Assembly (NCBI GenBank): GCA_964016885.1
Contig: CAXHJY010001763.1
Location: 1 to 33,108 of the forward strand
DNA from: Eledone cirrhosa
Lineage: Eukaryota
Reading direction: 5' to 3'
DNA length: 33,108 nucleotides
Made by a program: the position numbers and the translations under genes. Of the stretch, positions 32,445 to 33,108 are shown piece after piece. The number at the start of each line of letters is the position of its first letter. Position 1 is the first letter of the stretch. The notes beneath the pieces are model-generated. The model had not been told where the DNA came from and did not search any database. It was given only the letters and a program-made list of their open reading frames with translations.

Positions 32445-32610
32445 TTCTGATTTAGGCACAAAGCTAACAATTTTAGAGGAGGGGAAACTCAATTAAATCG
32501 ACCCCAGGGCGTTACTTGTACTTTGATTCATCGACCCTGTAAGTATGAAAAGCAAAGCTCATCGTGGCAGGATTTGAAATCAGAATTTAAAAAGCCGTAA
32601 CTTTATGCCG
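32445..32610 (-). mobile_element. tRNA-derived SINE, family A (degenerate)
   Basis: aaatcgacccca...gtactttgattcatcgaccctgtaagtatgaaaagcaaag...ggatttgaaatc. Confidence 0.7.
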
Positions 32611-33108
32611 CTTAACAATACTGCCTGTCCATCACCCTATACATAGACATGTATAATAAACATATGTAGGTCTCGCTATGAATGATTTAAACTATGATAA
32701 TGTCACAGTTATCTCCGTAGCCGTATGACTATGCCAGACGTCAGCGTTTCAGGATTTTTATCCTACCATGGGTGACATTTGCTCACTCAGTACTGAGAAA
32801 AGAATAAGCTATATCATATATAGTTATTTTTCGTATAAAACATCGACTGGGGATACTCATTTGCATAAAGTGAGAGCTTGATTGGCTGGGCACAGCTTAA
32901 AACATTCGTTGGGAGACTTACATATGCGAAACCACAACTACATAGTTTAGGGATTAATTCCATTGCACTGGATCCTGGTTGTCTTCTACCATAGTCCCAA
33001 CTCAGATAGATCAAATGACCTGGAGAGCGAAATTTGGTAGATGGAAATAGTGTGGAAGTTTGTCGTTGAGTATGCTTGTTTTGGGAAAGGTAGGTTTAAT
33101 TTGTCACC

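Overview
AT-rich animal genomic DNA dense in (TA)n microsatellites. The repeat landscape looks cephalopod (Octopus-like); that assignment is inference from repeat style, not a database match. One intact gene can be reconstructed: a 5-exon omega-class glutathione S-transferase on the minus strand (CDS 28083->16240, 249 aa, CPYA active site), with a possible 30-aa N-terminal extension and a C-terminal KKSQL. Most of the rest is mobile DNA: a full-length but defective mariner inside an RT-LINE remnant, piggyBac-, Tc1- and Tigger-type MITEs, three SINE-like families, and two minisatellites inside TEs. The most striking signal is a set of short, mostly unrelated inserts bounded by (TA)n. They share one architecture: a partial inverted duplication, a type-I hammerhead-ribozyme fold (9 essentially complete motifs, most with a palindromic helix III, some with a 60-100 nt helix II), and a conserved RCTC-loop-GAGY hairpin about 40-65 nt before the terminal (TA)n. 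This fits Penelope-like-element pseudo-LTR or retrozyme remnants. The shared 3' hairpin and the variant ribozyme cores are the candidate undescribed features. Most ORFs in the supplied track are microsatellite artefacts.
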